64,000 bases of DNA, taken from positions 12,274 to 76,273 of IMG/VR virus record IMGVR_UViG_3300046804_000816; one strand, given 5' to 3'. Numbering within the stretch: position 1 is the stretch's first letter; each line of letters starts with the position of its first letter. The notes beneath the pieces are model-generated. The model had not been told where the DNA came from, made no database searches, and saw nothing but the letters and a program-made list of their open reading frames with translations. This DNA is from a virus. Of the stretch, positions 5,561 through 14,955 are shown piece after piece. A program made the translations under genes and the position numbers.

Positions 5561-7531
5561 ATGAGAAAGATTTTAGCGGCTGCGGTCGCTCTATTTGCGC
5601 TTACAACTACAGCTCTTGCTGATAACGTTCTTATTCTTGGCGGAGAAGGCGACTCTCACGTTTCCGTCAAAACAGAACTTGAAGCAAAGGGACACACAGT
5701 AACATATCAAGCTGGAACAGGAAGTCCTGGCAGTCTTGCTGGATATCAGCAGGTCTGGGATATGCGCTACGGCACAGCGCTCTCAGCCGATGATATGGCT
5801 AAGTATGACGCATTCCTGAAGAACAGAGGATATCTATATCTTTCTGGCGAGCACGCTGGATTCGCTGTTAGAAACAACAGTATCAGCGCATTCACAAGCT
5901 CCCTTGGTGGTGGAACCATCACCGTAGGTGGTAGCCCACAAAACAATCAGTCAGGAAACGGAACATATTTCCCTAACGGCGAAACAGTAGACTTCGCTGC
6001 TGCAGCAACCATTACCAGTGCTGGTGGTCGTGTACTTTCTGCCGACGCAAGCGGAAACGCAACAGCCAAGATGTGGATCGGTAACGCCGGCGATCTTGGT
6101 GCAACATACAATGGTACAGTCGTTGTTGTTGCAGATATCAACTGGACGCAGAGCGCGTTCTATGACGCTAACAACGAAGCATTCCTTGAGCAACTTATCA
6201 AAGGAATCGTAGCAGGCACTGTAGGCGGAACAATCAGCAACTCCGGTAACGGAGCAGCTGGTGGCGGTTCTACTGTTACAATCACCAGTGCTACTGGCAC
6301 TATCGTCAGAACGACAACAACTGCGACTGGAACACCTGTTGTTACTACGCAGACAACGACTGGAACAACAACTCGTTCTACAGCAGTTACATATGGTACG
6401 CCAACTGTAACCTCTGCTAACAGAGACGCTGCTGCGCGCGATGGCAAAAATGTCAATGTTACTCGTACGGTCACGACAACGACTGTTACGCCAGTGACGA
6501 CAACTCACACCGACACGACACCAGTAACGACTGTAACAACTACGACAACGCCTACCGTCACGACTGTAACTTCTACACCAGTTACAACAATCACAAAGTC
6601 TGATGGAACGACTGAAGTTGTGAACGGTACGCCAACTGTACAGACATACACATCTTACACAGCGACAAATCAAACGACTGTAACAAATCAAGTTCAGACA
6701 ACTGCTATAAACTCATCTACTACAGCTGTTGCAAGCACAAACTCTACGAAGAGCGCTTCTATCCTTGGAACGAAGGATGCAATCGCTTCGCGCAACATGA
6801 ATCTGTTTGCGGTAGATGCTCTTAGCACGAAAGATGGAGTCTGGGCTTCGCCTACTGCTCGCTACACTCAGACTGTAGGAAACTATCGTATTGGCGGAAT
6901 CTCTGGTGGATATCAGACGACTGTGGATAACAACACATTCGGCTTCGCTGCATACTACGAGATGGGTGAGAGCAAGGACTTCGTGAACTCATCGACGGAT
7001 CAGAAGTCATACGGTGCTCTTGTTTATGCAATGACGAAGCAAGACTATGCTTGGTTCCGCGTTGCTCTTGGTGCTTCGCAAAGCGAATACAAGAACACAA
7101 CGTCGATTCCTGAGTTCGCTCTTGTAAATTCTTCAAGAGTGAAGCAGAACAACTTCTATGCCGACATTGCTGCATATGCTCCTGAAGCATACGTAGGCTT
7201 TAGACCACTTGTTGGCGTAATCGTAAATGACAGCATGATTGCTTCTGCATCTGAATATGGCTCGCTGCTTCTGTCGACCATTCCAAGCACGGATTCGTCG
7301 ATCAAGGCAATGCCATATATAGGATCGAGATTCGAAATTGATGAAGATGTGTCTGCAGAACTTCGCGTTATCCAGTCGCCCGACTTCAAAACTGTTATAA
7401 GTACAAGAGGAACAGTAAAGAAGGAAATCTATGACGGCATTTTTATTGATCTGTCAGCAGGATTTGACAAGGGCATATCAGTAGACTATAATAATGCTAT
7501 TGGTAAGGCTGGTCTAAAGGTGAAGTTCTGA
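5561..7531 (+). CDS. Autotransporter-like outer-membrane protein with Thr-rich stalk
   Basis: Signal peptide, globular passenger, long Thr/Val/Pro-rich region, C-terminal amphipathic beta-strands ending AGLKVKF. Confidence 0.7.
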   Translation: MRKILAAAVALFALTTTALADNVLILGGEGDSHVSVKTELEAKGHTVTYQAGTGSPGSLAGYQQVWDMRYGTALSADDMAKYDAFLKNRGYLYLSGEHAGFAVRNNSISAFTSSLGGGTITVGGSPQNNQSGNGTYFPNGETVDFAAAATITSAGGRVLSADASGNATAKMWIGNAGDLGATYNGTVVVVADINWTQSAFYDANNEAFLEQLIKGIVAGTVGGTISNSGNGAAGGGSTVTITSATGTIVRTTTTATGTPVVTTQTTTGTTTRSTAVTYGTPTVTSANRDAAARDGKNVNVTRTVTTTTVTPVTTTHTDTTPVTTVTTTTTPTVTTVTSTPVTTITKSDGTTEVVNGTPTVQTYTSYTATNQTTVTNQVQTTAINSSTTAVASTNSTKSASILGTKDAIASRNMNLFAVDALSTKDGVWASPTARYTQTVGNYRIGGISGGYQTTVDNNTFGFAAYYEMGESKDFVNSSTDQKSYGALVYAMTKQDYAWFRVALGASQSEYKNTTSIPEFALVNSSRVKQNNFYADIAAYAPEAYVGFRPLVGVIVNDSMIASASEYGSLLLSTIPSTDSSIKAMPYIGSRFEIDEDVSAELRVIQSPDFKTVISTRGTVKKEIYDGIFIDLSAGFDKGISVDYNNAIGKAGLKVKF

Positions 7532-7536
7532 TAAGT

Positions 7537-7612
7537 ATCCCACAAGCATTTAGGGGCGATGTAGCGGTCTCCAAAACCGCAGAGCGGGGTTCGAGTCCTC
7601 GGTGGGGTGCCA
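7537..7612 (+). tRNA. tRNA-Trp(CCA)
   Basis: GCGGT-CT-CCA-AA-ACCGC, G73, CCA; atypical A8/D-arm. Confidence 0.85.
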
Positions 7613-7626
7613 GAGTTTAATAGATT

Positions 7627-7710
7627 GGAGGATAGCGTTCATGGTGAGCAATCGGTCTTGAAAACCGAGCCCCCGCAAGGGTGATGGTTCGATTCCTTTA
7701 TCCTCCGCCA
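7627..7710 (+). tRNA. tRNA-Ser(TGA)
   Basis: TGA anticodon, variable arm CCC-GCAA-GGG, G73, CCA. Confidence 0.9.
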
Positions 7711-7763
7711 ATAATGCCCGGCTCCGTGGCTACTATCAAATTACGGGCCCTTCCTTTACATTC

Positions 7764-7839
7764 GCCCACGTAGTCCAACGGCAGAGACAAGAGACTTAAA
7801 ATCTCTAGAGTGTCGGTTCGAGTCCGACCGTGGGTACCA
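7764..7839 (+). tRNA. tRNA-Leu(TAA), short variable loop
   Basis: AGAGA-CT-TAA-AA-TCTCT, 76 nt, CCA. Confidence 0.9.
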
Positions 7840-7840
7840 C

Positions 7841-7848
7841 TATAAATA
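7841..7848 (+). promoter_or_regulatory. T4-type late promoter
   Basis: TATAAATA upstream of CDS. Confidence 0.6.
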
Positions 7849-7854
7849 CAAGCG

Positions 7855-8328
7855 ATGAATAACATGAATCTTGATGAAGTGCGTGAGTTCATTCGGAACT
7901 GCTCCGAATCAACTTGCATTTATATTGGTGCAGACTCCGAGAGATACAGGGGTAAGGATGACTTATGGTACGCAGACTACACAGTCGCCGTTGTGGTTCA
8001 CTATGACGGGGCTCGTGGTTGCAAAGTTTTTGGATCCGTATCCACAGAGCGCGATTTCGATCAGCGTAAAAATAAGCCCGCATATAGGTTGATGAACGAG
8101 GTCTATAAAGCGGCACAGCTTTATATGGATCTCGCAGAAGCAATCGGTGATCGTCATGCGGAAGTTCATCTAGATATCAATCCAGACATTATTCACGGAA
8201 GCAGTTGTGTCGTTCAGCAGGCTATCGGTTATATTCGCGGCACATGCAATGTGACCCCTAGAGTAAAGCCGCAAGCATTCGCAGCCAGTTATGCAGCAGA
8301 CAGAATGAAGGAGCTGTTAGCGTCATGA
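7855..8328 (+). CDS. RNase H-like YkuK (DUF458) family protein
   Basis: IYIGADS...RLMNEV...EVHLDIN...AASYAAD. Confidence 0.8.
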   Translation: MNNMNLDEVREFIRNCSESTCIYIGADSERYRGKDDLWYADYTVAVVVHYDGARGCKVFGSVSTERDFDQRKNKPAYRLMNEVYKAAQLYMDLAEAIGDRHAEVHLDINPDIIHGSSCVVQQAIGYIRGTCNVTPRVKPQAFAASYAADRMKELLAS

Positions 8329-8918
8329 GTTATACATTCGAGAATTTCGTTCTTACATACGACAACTTTTTCACACCAGAAGAATGTCAATCGGTCATCG
8401 ACTGTTTCCATCGTTTTGAGAATGCTGGATTTACCATGAGCAGACAAGCTCAGGGAAGCAAATCGCACGAAAAGAAAGACGATCAATTATATGTAACATC
8501 TTTGCTTTCTACTCAAGAATTTGATATTTCAGATCTAGAACCATTTAATTTATTTAACCGTAAGTTCTGGAATGAAGTCTATCCTAAGTATGCAGAGAAG
8601 TATAGCATAATCGGCGGATTCCCTCATCACACGATCCGACTCATTAAACTACAGAAAACTGAAGTTGGTGGCGGTTATCATGTATGGCATTGCGAAGATG
8701 ATAATCCAGGAAATATGCGTCGTATGATGACATTCATTCTATATCTGAATAATGTGAGTGATGGAGGAGAAACTGAATTTCTTTACTATCCCAAGAGAAT
8801 CGCGCCACAGGCTGGACGACTGATTCTGTGGCCTGCGGGATATACCCACACTCATCGTGGCAATCCACCAATCAGCAACACGAAGTACATTCTTACTGGT
8901 TGGGTAGAAATGAGCTGA
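8325..8918 (+). CDS. 2OG-Fe(II) oxygenase (prolyl-hydroxylase-like)
   Basis: YHVWHCE, YLNNV..GGETEF, THRGNPP...KYILTGW. Confidence 0.9.
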   Translation: MSYTFENFVLTYDNFFTPEECQSVIDCFHRFENAGFTMSRQAQGSKSHEKKDDQLYVTSLLSTQEFDISDLEPFNLFNRKFWNEVYPKYAEKYSIIGGFPHHTIRLIKLQKTEVGGGYHVWHCEDDNPGNMRRMMTFILYLNNVSDGGETEFLYYPKRIAPQAGRLILWPAGYTHTHRGNPPISNTKYILTGWVEMS

Positions 8919-8921
8919 TCT

Positions 8922-9824
8922 ATGAAAATTCTTGTTTCGTTTTCCGGTGGATTTGATTCCACTTACATTATGTACAAATTGTTGACAGAAACGACACATG
9001 AAATTACGGCTGTATGCTTTTATGGTTATCATAAAGATATTTGTATGAGCGCTCAGCCGTCTTTGAGTAAGATTCAGCCCAATCTCGATATAATAGTGCA
9101 AGAGCTGAAAAAGATCAGAGACTTCACGTTTATCACGAAAGAAATACAACGCGAAGAATTTACTGAAGACAATGCGTTTCTATCGCGCTATATTGTAAAA
9201 GACAAGCTGCATGCAATCGCTAGCGGTCCTTTAGATTATTTTATTTGGTGGGCGATTCCAGGAGTTAATGCTGGATCGTACGATACTCTCGTGCATGGCA
9301 TTTCCTGGGAACAAATGCGCAAGAAATATAAAACGACAGATGGAACTGAAGGAAGTCCGAAGCACGTCGAAGCAGAAAAGAAACTGAAACAATATGCGCC
9401 CACTGCTCGTATGTGGTTTCCATTATTGAATCATGATTTTCATTATCAGTTTAACAGATGGCATATCTTTAAGTACATGCCAGAAAACCTGCAGAGATAT
9501 TGCATTTCTTGTGCGTCGCCAACTGTCAATGAAGAATCAATAAAAGAACCGTGTGGATATTGTTTCAAATGTTTGTGGGATAAGTTCACTAAGAATGTCG
9601 TTGAACACGATGTGATGAACGCGGAACAGCTTGAAGAATATCGCTATAAGAAAGCATTAGAGTATGGTGGCGGAAATGGCATTACAGCCACTATGCGTTA
9701 TTGGATTCCCGTAGAAATGCAAGCCCAAAAATCGTATTATCATGTTGATGGACTTGTTCTCGACACCAAAGAAAAGGTGCAGCAATATATGCAGAACAAG
9801 AACTTCGACTATCTTGTGAAATAG
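8922..9824 (+). CDS. PP-loop ATPase (QueC-like, divergent)
   Basis: ILVSFSGGFDS PP-loop; SC...PCGYCFKC zinc site; last base of stop is +1 of tRNA-Ile. Confidence 0.75.
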   Translation: MKILVSFSGGFDSTYIMYKLLTETTHEITAVCFYGYHKDICMSAQPSLSKIQPNLDIIVQELKKIRDFTFITKEIQREEFTEDNAFLSRYIVKDKLHAIASGPLDYFIWWAIPGVNAGSYDTLVHGISWEQMRKKYKTTDGTEGSPKHVEAEKKLKQYAPTARMWFPLLNHDFHYQFNRWHIFKYMPENLQRYCISCASPTVNEESIKEPCGYCFKCLWDKFTKNVVEHDVMNAEQLEEYRYKKALEYGGGNGITATMRYWIPVEMQAQKSYYHVDGLVLDTKEKVQQYMQNKNFDYLVK

Positions 9825-9899
9825 GGCGTATAGCTCAAGCGGTAAGAGCAGGCGCCTTATAAGCGTCCGATCTGGGTTCGAGTCCCGGTACGCCCACCA
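9824..9899 (+). tRNA. tRNA-Ile(TAT)
   Basis: GGCGC-CT-TAT-AA-GCGTC, A73, CCA. Confidence 0.9.
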
Positions 9900-9907
9900 T
9901 TTTCTTC

Positions 9908-9936
9908 TTGACAACTGACCTATTTGACCATATAAT
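9908..9936 (+). promoter_or_regulatory. Early sigma70 promoter (perfect consensus)
   Basis: TTGACA-17-TATAAT. Confidence 0.9.
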
Positions 9937-9962
9937 GGTAATTGTGATGAGGGGTCAATATC

Positions 9963-10355
9963 ATGCCATTACTGCCAGCCTATTACACGACTACGAATCT
10001 GCGTAAGCGCAAAGCACGTAAGCCAACTCAGGCTATGATTGATTCACAACGTGTGACACAAGAATTGCTTGATCGTGTTGGTTATAGTAAGCCAACTAAG
10101 ACTAAGAAGAAGTTCTCATATTCATTGGCTGTCGAATCTAATGCTGCTCCACTGACCAACACGATTCCTGGCGGTATCGCTGCGAAGCGTGATAAGTTGA
10201 CTGAGCATAAGTGGAAGCGTGGTGCGGAAGAATCTGCTGCGACTGTCAAGGCTATCGAAGAGAAAGCGAAGCGTGTTGCGCCAGCATATAACAAAGGTGC
10301 AGTTCAGTATATCACAGACGAGACTGATGCAAAGTATCTCGGTCGTAAGATCTAG
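9963..10355 (+). CDS. Conserved T4-like myovirus hypothetical protein
   Basis: Basic protein with APAYNKGAVQYI motif. Confidence 0.7.
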   Translation: MPLLPAYYTTTNLRKRKARKPTQAMIDSQRVTQELLDRVGYSKPTKTKKKFSYSLAVESNAAPLTNTIPGGIAAKRDKLTEHKWKRGAEESAATVKAIEEKAKRVAPAYNKGAVQYITDETDAKYLGRKI

Positions 10356-10391
10356 CTATATACTGATGAAGAATCTAAATGGAGTGCGTGA

Positions 10392-11372
10392 ATGACTAAA
10401 CTAAAGATCACTGGATTGAAAGAATCTTCTACAACAATCGATCCTACAGATAATGGCACATTTGAACATATTGGTGCTAAAGGTGGCACTGAGCAGATGT
10501 ACCAAGGATTGATTCAGCGTTTGCCACCTGAACTTGTCGATAAGTTCAATATCATTTGTTCTCGTGTCCGTGCAGTAGATCCAAACAAAAAGAACATTCT
10601 TTGGTTGCACGACACATGGGACGATCCAGAATCACAACATTTGAAGGATCTGAAAAGCCTTGAGCGATTCGAAAAACTCGTATTCGTATCACACTATCAG
10701 CAGTCCACTTACAATCTTGGGCTTGGAGTGCCCTATTCAAAGGGCATCGTACTACAGAACGCGATCGTCCCTATTGAAGAACACGTCAAACCTAAAGGAA
10801 CGATTAATCTCATTTATCACACGACGCCGCATAGAGGATTAGAAATCCTTGTTCCGGTCGTCGAGTTCTTGGCTAGTCGTGGCGTAGACTTTCATCTAGA
10901 CGTCTATTCTTCGTTCAAGATCTACGGATGGGAACAACGCGACGAGCCGTACAAGGCTCTGTTCGATCGCTGCAATCGTCATCCGAACATTACGTATCAT
11001 GGATATCAGCCAAACTCTGTTGTGCGTGAAGCACTGAAGAAAGCGCACATCTATGCGTATCCTAATATCTGGCCAGAGACGAGCGCAATCTCTGTGATCG
11101 AAGCGATGAGCGCTGGTTGTACGGTAATCTGTCCTAACTTCGCTGCTCTTCCTGAAACGTGCGCCAACTTCGCAGTCATGTATGGCTGGGATGAAAACGC
11201 CAATGTCCACGCAAATCAGTTCGCTGGCATTCTTAAAATGGTCATCGACGGATTCTGGGATGACCATAATCAGGATAGGCTAAGGCTACAGAAAATCTAC
11301 TTCGACAACTTCTATAATTGGGATCTTCGGGCTATTCAATGGCGCGATTTCTTGGGCTCGATTAGTTCTTGA
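10392..11372 (+). CDS. GT-B glycosyltransferase (GT4 family)
   Basis: GGTE, WLHD, P.RGL, ETSAISVIEAMSAG (EX7E) motif. Confidence 0.9.
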   Translation: MTKLKITGLKESSTTIDPTDNGTFEHIGAKGGTEQMYQGLIQRLPPELVDKFNIICSRVRAVDPNKKNILWLHDTWDDPESQHLKDLKSLERFEKLVFVSHYQQSTYNLGLGVPYSKGIVLQNAIVPIEEHVKPKGTINLIYHTTPHRGLEILVPVVEFLASRGVDFHLDVYSSFKIYGWEQRDEPYKALFDRCNRHPNITYHGYQPNSVVREALKKAHIYAYPNIWPETSAISVIEAMSAGCTVICPNFAALPETCANFAVMYGWDENANVHANQFAGILKMVIDGFWDDHNQDRLRLQKIYFDNFYNWDLRAIQWRDFLGSISS

Positions 11373-11397
11373 CAACCACTTTGCCATATGATATACT
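11369..11397 (+). promoter_or_regulatory. Early sigma70 promoter
   Basis: TTGACA-17-TATACT; -35 overlaps upstream TGA stop. Confidence 0.85.
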
Positions 11398-11420
11398 TAT
11401 CATAATGGTAGGAGAAACGT

Positions 11421-12554
11421 ATGGCAAAGAGTCTACTATCCGTAAAGGTCAAGAAGCGTAAGGCTATTCTGCCACGTGGCGCTGATTCCAAACATATGGG
11501 TCCAGAGCCAACGTGGGATGATATTGCTTTCCTGAACGAGAGCGATATCCGCCTGCGCGAGATGACAGCCTACAACTGGTACAACTACTTCTACGAGCCC
11601 AAAGAGGGGCGTAAGTTCATCGTAGAGTTCATGGAAGACGCGGGTATGTCTCGCGCTTCCATCGCGATGTTTGGACGTCTGCCTGATTCTCAGATTAGCA
11701 GCTCGGTCGCAGCTATGGCTCGTATGTACACGATGGGTCTAGCTGACGACGAGCGCAAGACTAAGATCGAGACCAAGATTATTGATATGTGTCGCAAGGC
11801 CGCAGATCTCGCTCGCGCGAGCGCGAAGGCTGCAATTTCTGCGCCAGTCAAGGCTGACTCTTCAAAGATTCTTATCGCAGAAGTCGAGGGTTATGTAGAT
11901 GACAATTCCGACAATCTGTACAACTTCTATGAATGGCTGAAAAAGAAAGAAGCAAAGCCATCGGAAGTCAAAGCACTGATCGACTACTATGTTCCTTGGC
12001 TTCAAGAACTGATTGAGGCTAATGAACGTACCGTCGATCCAGATCTCAAAGAAGCCTACAGCTATATGTCAAAGAAAGAGCTGAAGGCCCGCATGACTAT
12101 GTTTAGCAATCTCGTTGGCGATTGCGAGTCGTATCTGTCGAACAATCGCAAGACGACTGTGCGCAAGCCACGTAAGACTAAGCCAAAGTCTGCAGACAAG
12201 ATTGTATCTAGAATCAAATTCCAGAAGGAACATACAGAACTCAAGCTGGTGTCGATTGATCCGTCGAAGATCGTTGGCTCATCTGAGTTGTGGCTCTTCA
12301 ATACGAAGACCAATGTTCTCGCTCATTATGTCGCAGCTGAAGCGACTGGACTGACAGTGAAGGGAACTACGATCCAGTCGTTCTCAGATAAGTCAGAACA
12401 GAAGAAGTTGCGTAAGCCCGCAGATGCGTTGCCTAACATTACAGGCGCTACAGCCAAAGCAGCAGAACGTGCATTCAAAGCATTGACCACGAAAGCGAGT
12501 AATCCTAATGGAAGAATCAATGAGCAGACAATCATCCTCCGAGCCATCAAATAA
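11421..12554 (+). CDS. Conserved T4-like myovirus hypothetical protein
   Basis: Long ORF with SD; NWYNYF and VKGTTIQ..S..KKLRKP...NGRINE motifs. Confidence 0.75.
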   Translation: MAKSLLSVKVKKRKAILPRGADSKHMGPEPTWDDIAFLNESDIRLREMTAYNWYNYFYEPKEGRKFIVEFMEDAGMSRASIAMFGRLPDSQISSSVAAMARMYTMGLADDERKTKIETKIIDMCRKAADLARASAKAAISAPVKADSSKILIAEVEGYVDDNSDNLYNFYEWLKKKEAKPSEVKALIDYYVPWLQELIEANERTVDPDLKEAYSYMSKKELKARMTMFSNLVGDCESYLSNNRKTTVRKPRKTKPKSADKIVSRIKFQKEHTELKLVSIDPSKIVGSSELWLFNTKTNVLAHYVAAEATGLTVKGTTIQSFSDKSEQKKLRKPADALPNITGATAKAAERAFKALTTKASNPNGRINEQTIILRAIK

Positions 12555-12870
12555 CAACGTTGTAATGTTCCCTGGCGCTCGTGTTAGATTGATTGCGCCT
12601 CTTGAAGATCAAGAAGCACGCGAAGCATCACAGCGCGCATATATCGACGAAGTGACAGAAGCCTATGCAACACAGCTGGCTAATAAGCTAGGTCAACAAG
12701 GCTTCGATGTATTCACGAAAGAGTTCGACAAGCATTTTGGCTTTACGATGGAAGCCTTTCGCGCAACGTTGCTCAAGACAATGGGACTAAGCCACCCGTT
12801 CCACGAAATGGTTGAAGCAGCGGTCGAAGCCATTCTTCATCAAGATGACGATGAAGAAGATCCGGCTTGA
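12508..12870 (+). CDS. Hypothetical protein
   Basis: NNVVMFP motif, operon context. Confidence 0.7.
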   Translation: MEESMSRQSSSEPSNNNVVMFPGARVRLIAPLEDQEAREASQRAYIDEVTEAYATQLANKLGQQGFDVFTKEFDKHFGFTMEAFRATLLKTMGLSHPFHEMVEAAVEAILHQDDDEEDPA

Positions 12871-12895
12871 CAATCATATCCTATAGTGATATGAT
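12867..12895 (+). promoter_or_regulatory. Early sigma70 promoter
   Basis: TTGACA-17-TATGAT. Confidence 0.8.
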
Positions 12896-12915
12896 ACAAT
12901 TATGCAATGGAGTAA

Positions 12916-13779
12916 GTGATGATTCTCGTCGATTTCAGCCAAGTCATGATTTCAAATATCATGATGCAGCTAGCCAACAATGATAGTAAGCTCGAAGAAG
13001 ATATGGTTCGCCATATGGTTCTTGCGAGCATTCGTTTGTACAAGAAGAAGTTTGGCTCGGAGTATGGCGAGATCGTTATCTGTGCCGACGGTCCTTCGTA
13101 CTGGCGGCGCGAGATCTATCCACACTACAAGGCTGGTCGTCGTAAGGCGCGTGAGAAATCTGCGCATGACTGGAATCTTATCTTCAATGCGCTGCACAAG
13201 ATCCGCGATGAGATCGCTGAGAATATGCCGTATCCAGTTCTACGATTCGAGCGCGCAGAAGCTGATGATATCATTGGCGCTCTTTGTCACGCATATGGTC
13301 AGCACGGTATCGTCACTGAAAAGATTCTTATTATCTCTGGCGATAAAGACTTTGCGCAGTTGCAGAAGTATGATAATGTCGCGCAGTATTCGCCAATCAC
13401 TAAGAAGTTCATTACGCCTGACGTAAATCCAGAACGATTCAAGCAGTATCATATTCTGCAAGGCGATTCTGGTGACGGCGTACCTAACTTCTTGTCAGCT
13501 GACGACACATTCGTATCTGGCGGGCGTCAGAAGCCGCTTCCTAAGAAGAAGCTCGAAGAGTGGACGCTCATGAGTCCTGAAGAATATTGTCAGGGTGAGA
13601 TGTTGCGCAATTATCACAGGAACAAGATGATGGTTGATCTAGACTGCATTCCTGAAGACTTGCAGAGTGTGATCGTGTCTAAATACAATGAGTACCAGCG
13701 CAATCCGCGCGCCAAGATCTTCAACTATTTCATCCAGCATCGACTGCGCCAGTTAACAGAATCTATCGGAGACTTCTAA
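12916..13779 (+). CDS. rnh: T4-type RNase H (5'-3' exonuclease, FEN family)
   Basis: ILVDFSQ, YWRR..YP.YKA.R, EADDIIG, ISGDKDF.QL, GD.GDGVPN. Confidence 0.95.
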   Translation: MMILVDFSQVMISNIMMQLANNDSKLEEDMVRHMVLASIRLYKKKFGSEYGEIVICADGPSYWRREIYPHYKAGRRKAREKSAHDWNLIFNALHKIRDEIAENMPYPVLRFERAEADDIIGALCHAYGQHGIVTEKILIISGDKDFAQLQKYDNVAQYSPITKKFITPDVNPERFKQYHILQGDSGDGVPNFLSADDTFVSGGRQKPLPKKKLEEWTLMSPEEYCQGEMLRNYHRNKMMVDLDCIPEDLQSVIVSKYNEYQRNPRAKIFNYFIQHRLRQLTESIGDF

Positions 13780-13970
13780 TGATTTACGTTCTAATCGTTG
13801 TTTCATACTTTGCTGGCGCAGGTGGCAACGGTCAGACCGTGACTTTCCAAGAATTCAATAATAGAGAAGCGTGTCAATACGCCGCAACTGTAATCCGTGA
13901 GAAGAAGATCTCAGGTTATACCTGGGATAATTATAAGTTAACATGCGTCCCGAAAGGAGAAATCAAGTGA
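13779..13970 (+). CDS. Small hypothetical protein
   Basis: Hydrophobic N-terminus, QEF....C...CVPK. Confidence 0.6.
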   Translation: MIYVLIVVSYFAGAGGNGQTVTFQEFNNREACQYAATVIREKKISGYTWDNYKLTCVPKGEIK

Positions 13971-14524
13971 CGTACAAGGTAACCGCACGATTCGTTGAAT
14001 ATCCATATGTACAATCTTTTGACAACAAGGAGTCTGTTATGAATGAGCAAGTTAATATGAATGATCTTGAGCAAGAACTCGTTTCCGTTATCAATCAGTC
14101 GACCAACAAGTCGATGGATATTGATCTTAATCGCTATAAGAACTTCGTTATGACTGTGACGAGTGAGCAGAGTCGCGTGATGGGCTCGTTCATTGAGCGT
14201 GCGGCTACGATTCACTATGGCAGTCAGCATCTGAATGTTCCGCTGCTTATGACTGCGCTGATTGGTCTTACGAGTGAGTCTGGCGAAGCGCAGGAAATCA
14301 TGAAGAAGGTCTTGTTCCAGGGTAAGCCGTACACTGACGAGACGCGTGTTCTGCTTAAGAAGGAGCTTGGCGATGTTATGTGGTACTGGATGAACGCATG
14401 CAATGCTCTGCAGCTCGATCCTAATGAGGTTATCTCTCACAATGTCGATAAGCTGCAAGCCAGATATCCTGGTGGAACATTCAATGCGTTCTACTCCGAG
14501 AATCGCAAAGAAGGAGATGTTTAA
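13967..14524 (+). CDS. mazG: MazG-like NTP pyrophosphohydrolase
   Basis: GL.SE.GE..EI.KK..FQGK...ELGDVMWY...N..KL.ARY; start uncertain (13967 or 14039). Confidence 0.9.
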   Translation: MTYKVTARFVEYPYVQSFDNKESVMNEQVNMNDLEQELVSVINQSTNKSMDIDLNRYKNFVMTVTSEQSRVMGSFIERAATIHYGSQHLNVPLLMTALIGLTSESGEAQEIMKKVLFQGKPYTDETRVLLKKELGDVMWYWMNACNALQLDPNEVISHNVDKLQARYPGGTFNAFYSENRKEGDV

Positions 14525-14952
14525 TGGCACTTGATACAAACAAGTGTATGGCGACTATCATTGATCTCATTGAGAAAGAGAAGAGTCGTAATAAGCAAGT
14601 CGATCTGTTGAAAGAGCATAGTTCTTATGCTCTTAAGACAGTCCTTGGTTACGGCATGGATCCTAATGTGAAGTGGTTGCTTCCTGACGGCGATCCGCCA
14701 TACAAGCCGCTCTTTGATGCAGCGGATCAAGAAGGGCGCTTCTATACAGAATGCAAGAAGCTGATCTACTTCGTCGATAGCGAGGAGGGACAACAGGTTA
14801 AGCAAGTTCGTCGTGAACAGCTGTTTATTCAGATTCTTGAATCTATCGATCCGCGCGATGCGAAGCTTCTTCTTCGTATGAAGAACAAGAAGCTGAAAGT
14901 CAAGTTGGATGCAGTCAAGGAAGCATTCCCTAATCTCGCTGGCAATTGGTGA
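14524..14952 (+). CDS. Conserved T4-like hypothetical protein
   Basis: LPDGDPPY, RREQLFIQILE..DP..AKLL motif. Confidence 0.75.
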   Translation: MALDTNKCMATIIDLIEKEKSRNKQVDLLKEHSSYALKTVLGYGMDPNVKWLLPDGDPPYKPLFDAADQEGRFYTECKKLIYFVDSEEGQQVKQVRREQLFIQILESIDPRDAKLLLRMKNKKLKVKLDAVKEAFPNLAGNW

Positions 14953-14955
14953 TTT

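Noticed and set aside
5394-7839. tRNAs with anticodons TAG, TGA, TAA as suppressors / recoded genome
   Set aside because: These anticodons read CTA, TCA and TTA; genes end normally at all three stops
8922-9824. QueC-like gene as evidence of 7-deazaguanine DNA modification
   Set aside because: Only PP-loop and zinc motifs match; no folE, queD, queE or dpdA in the window
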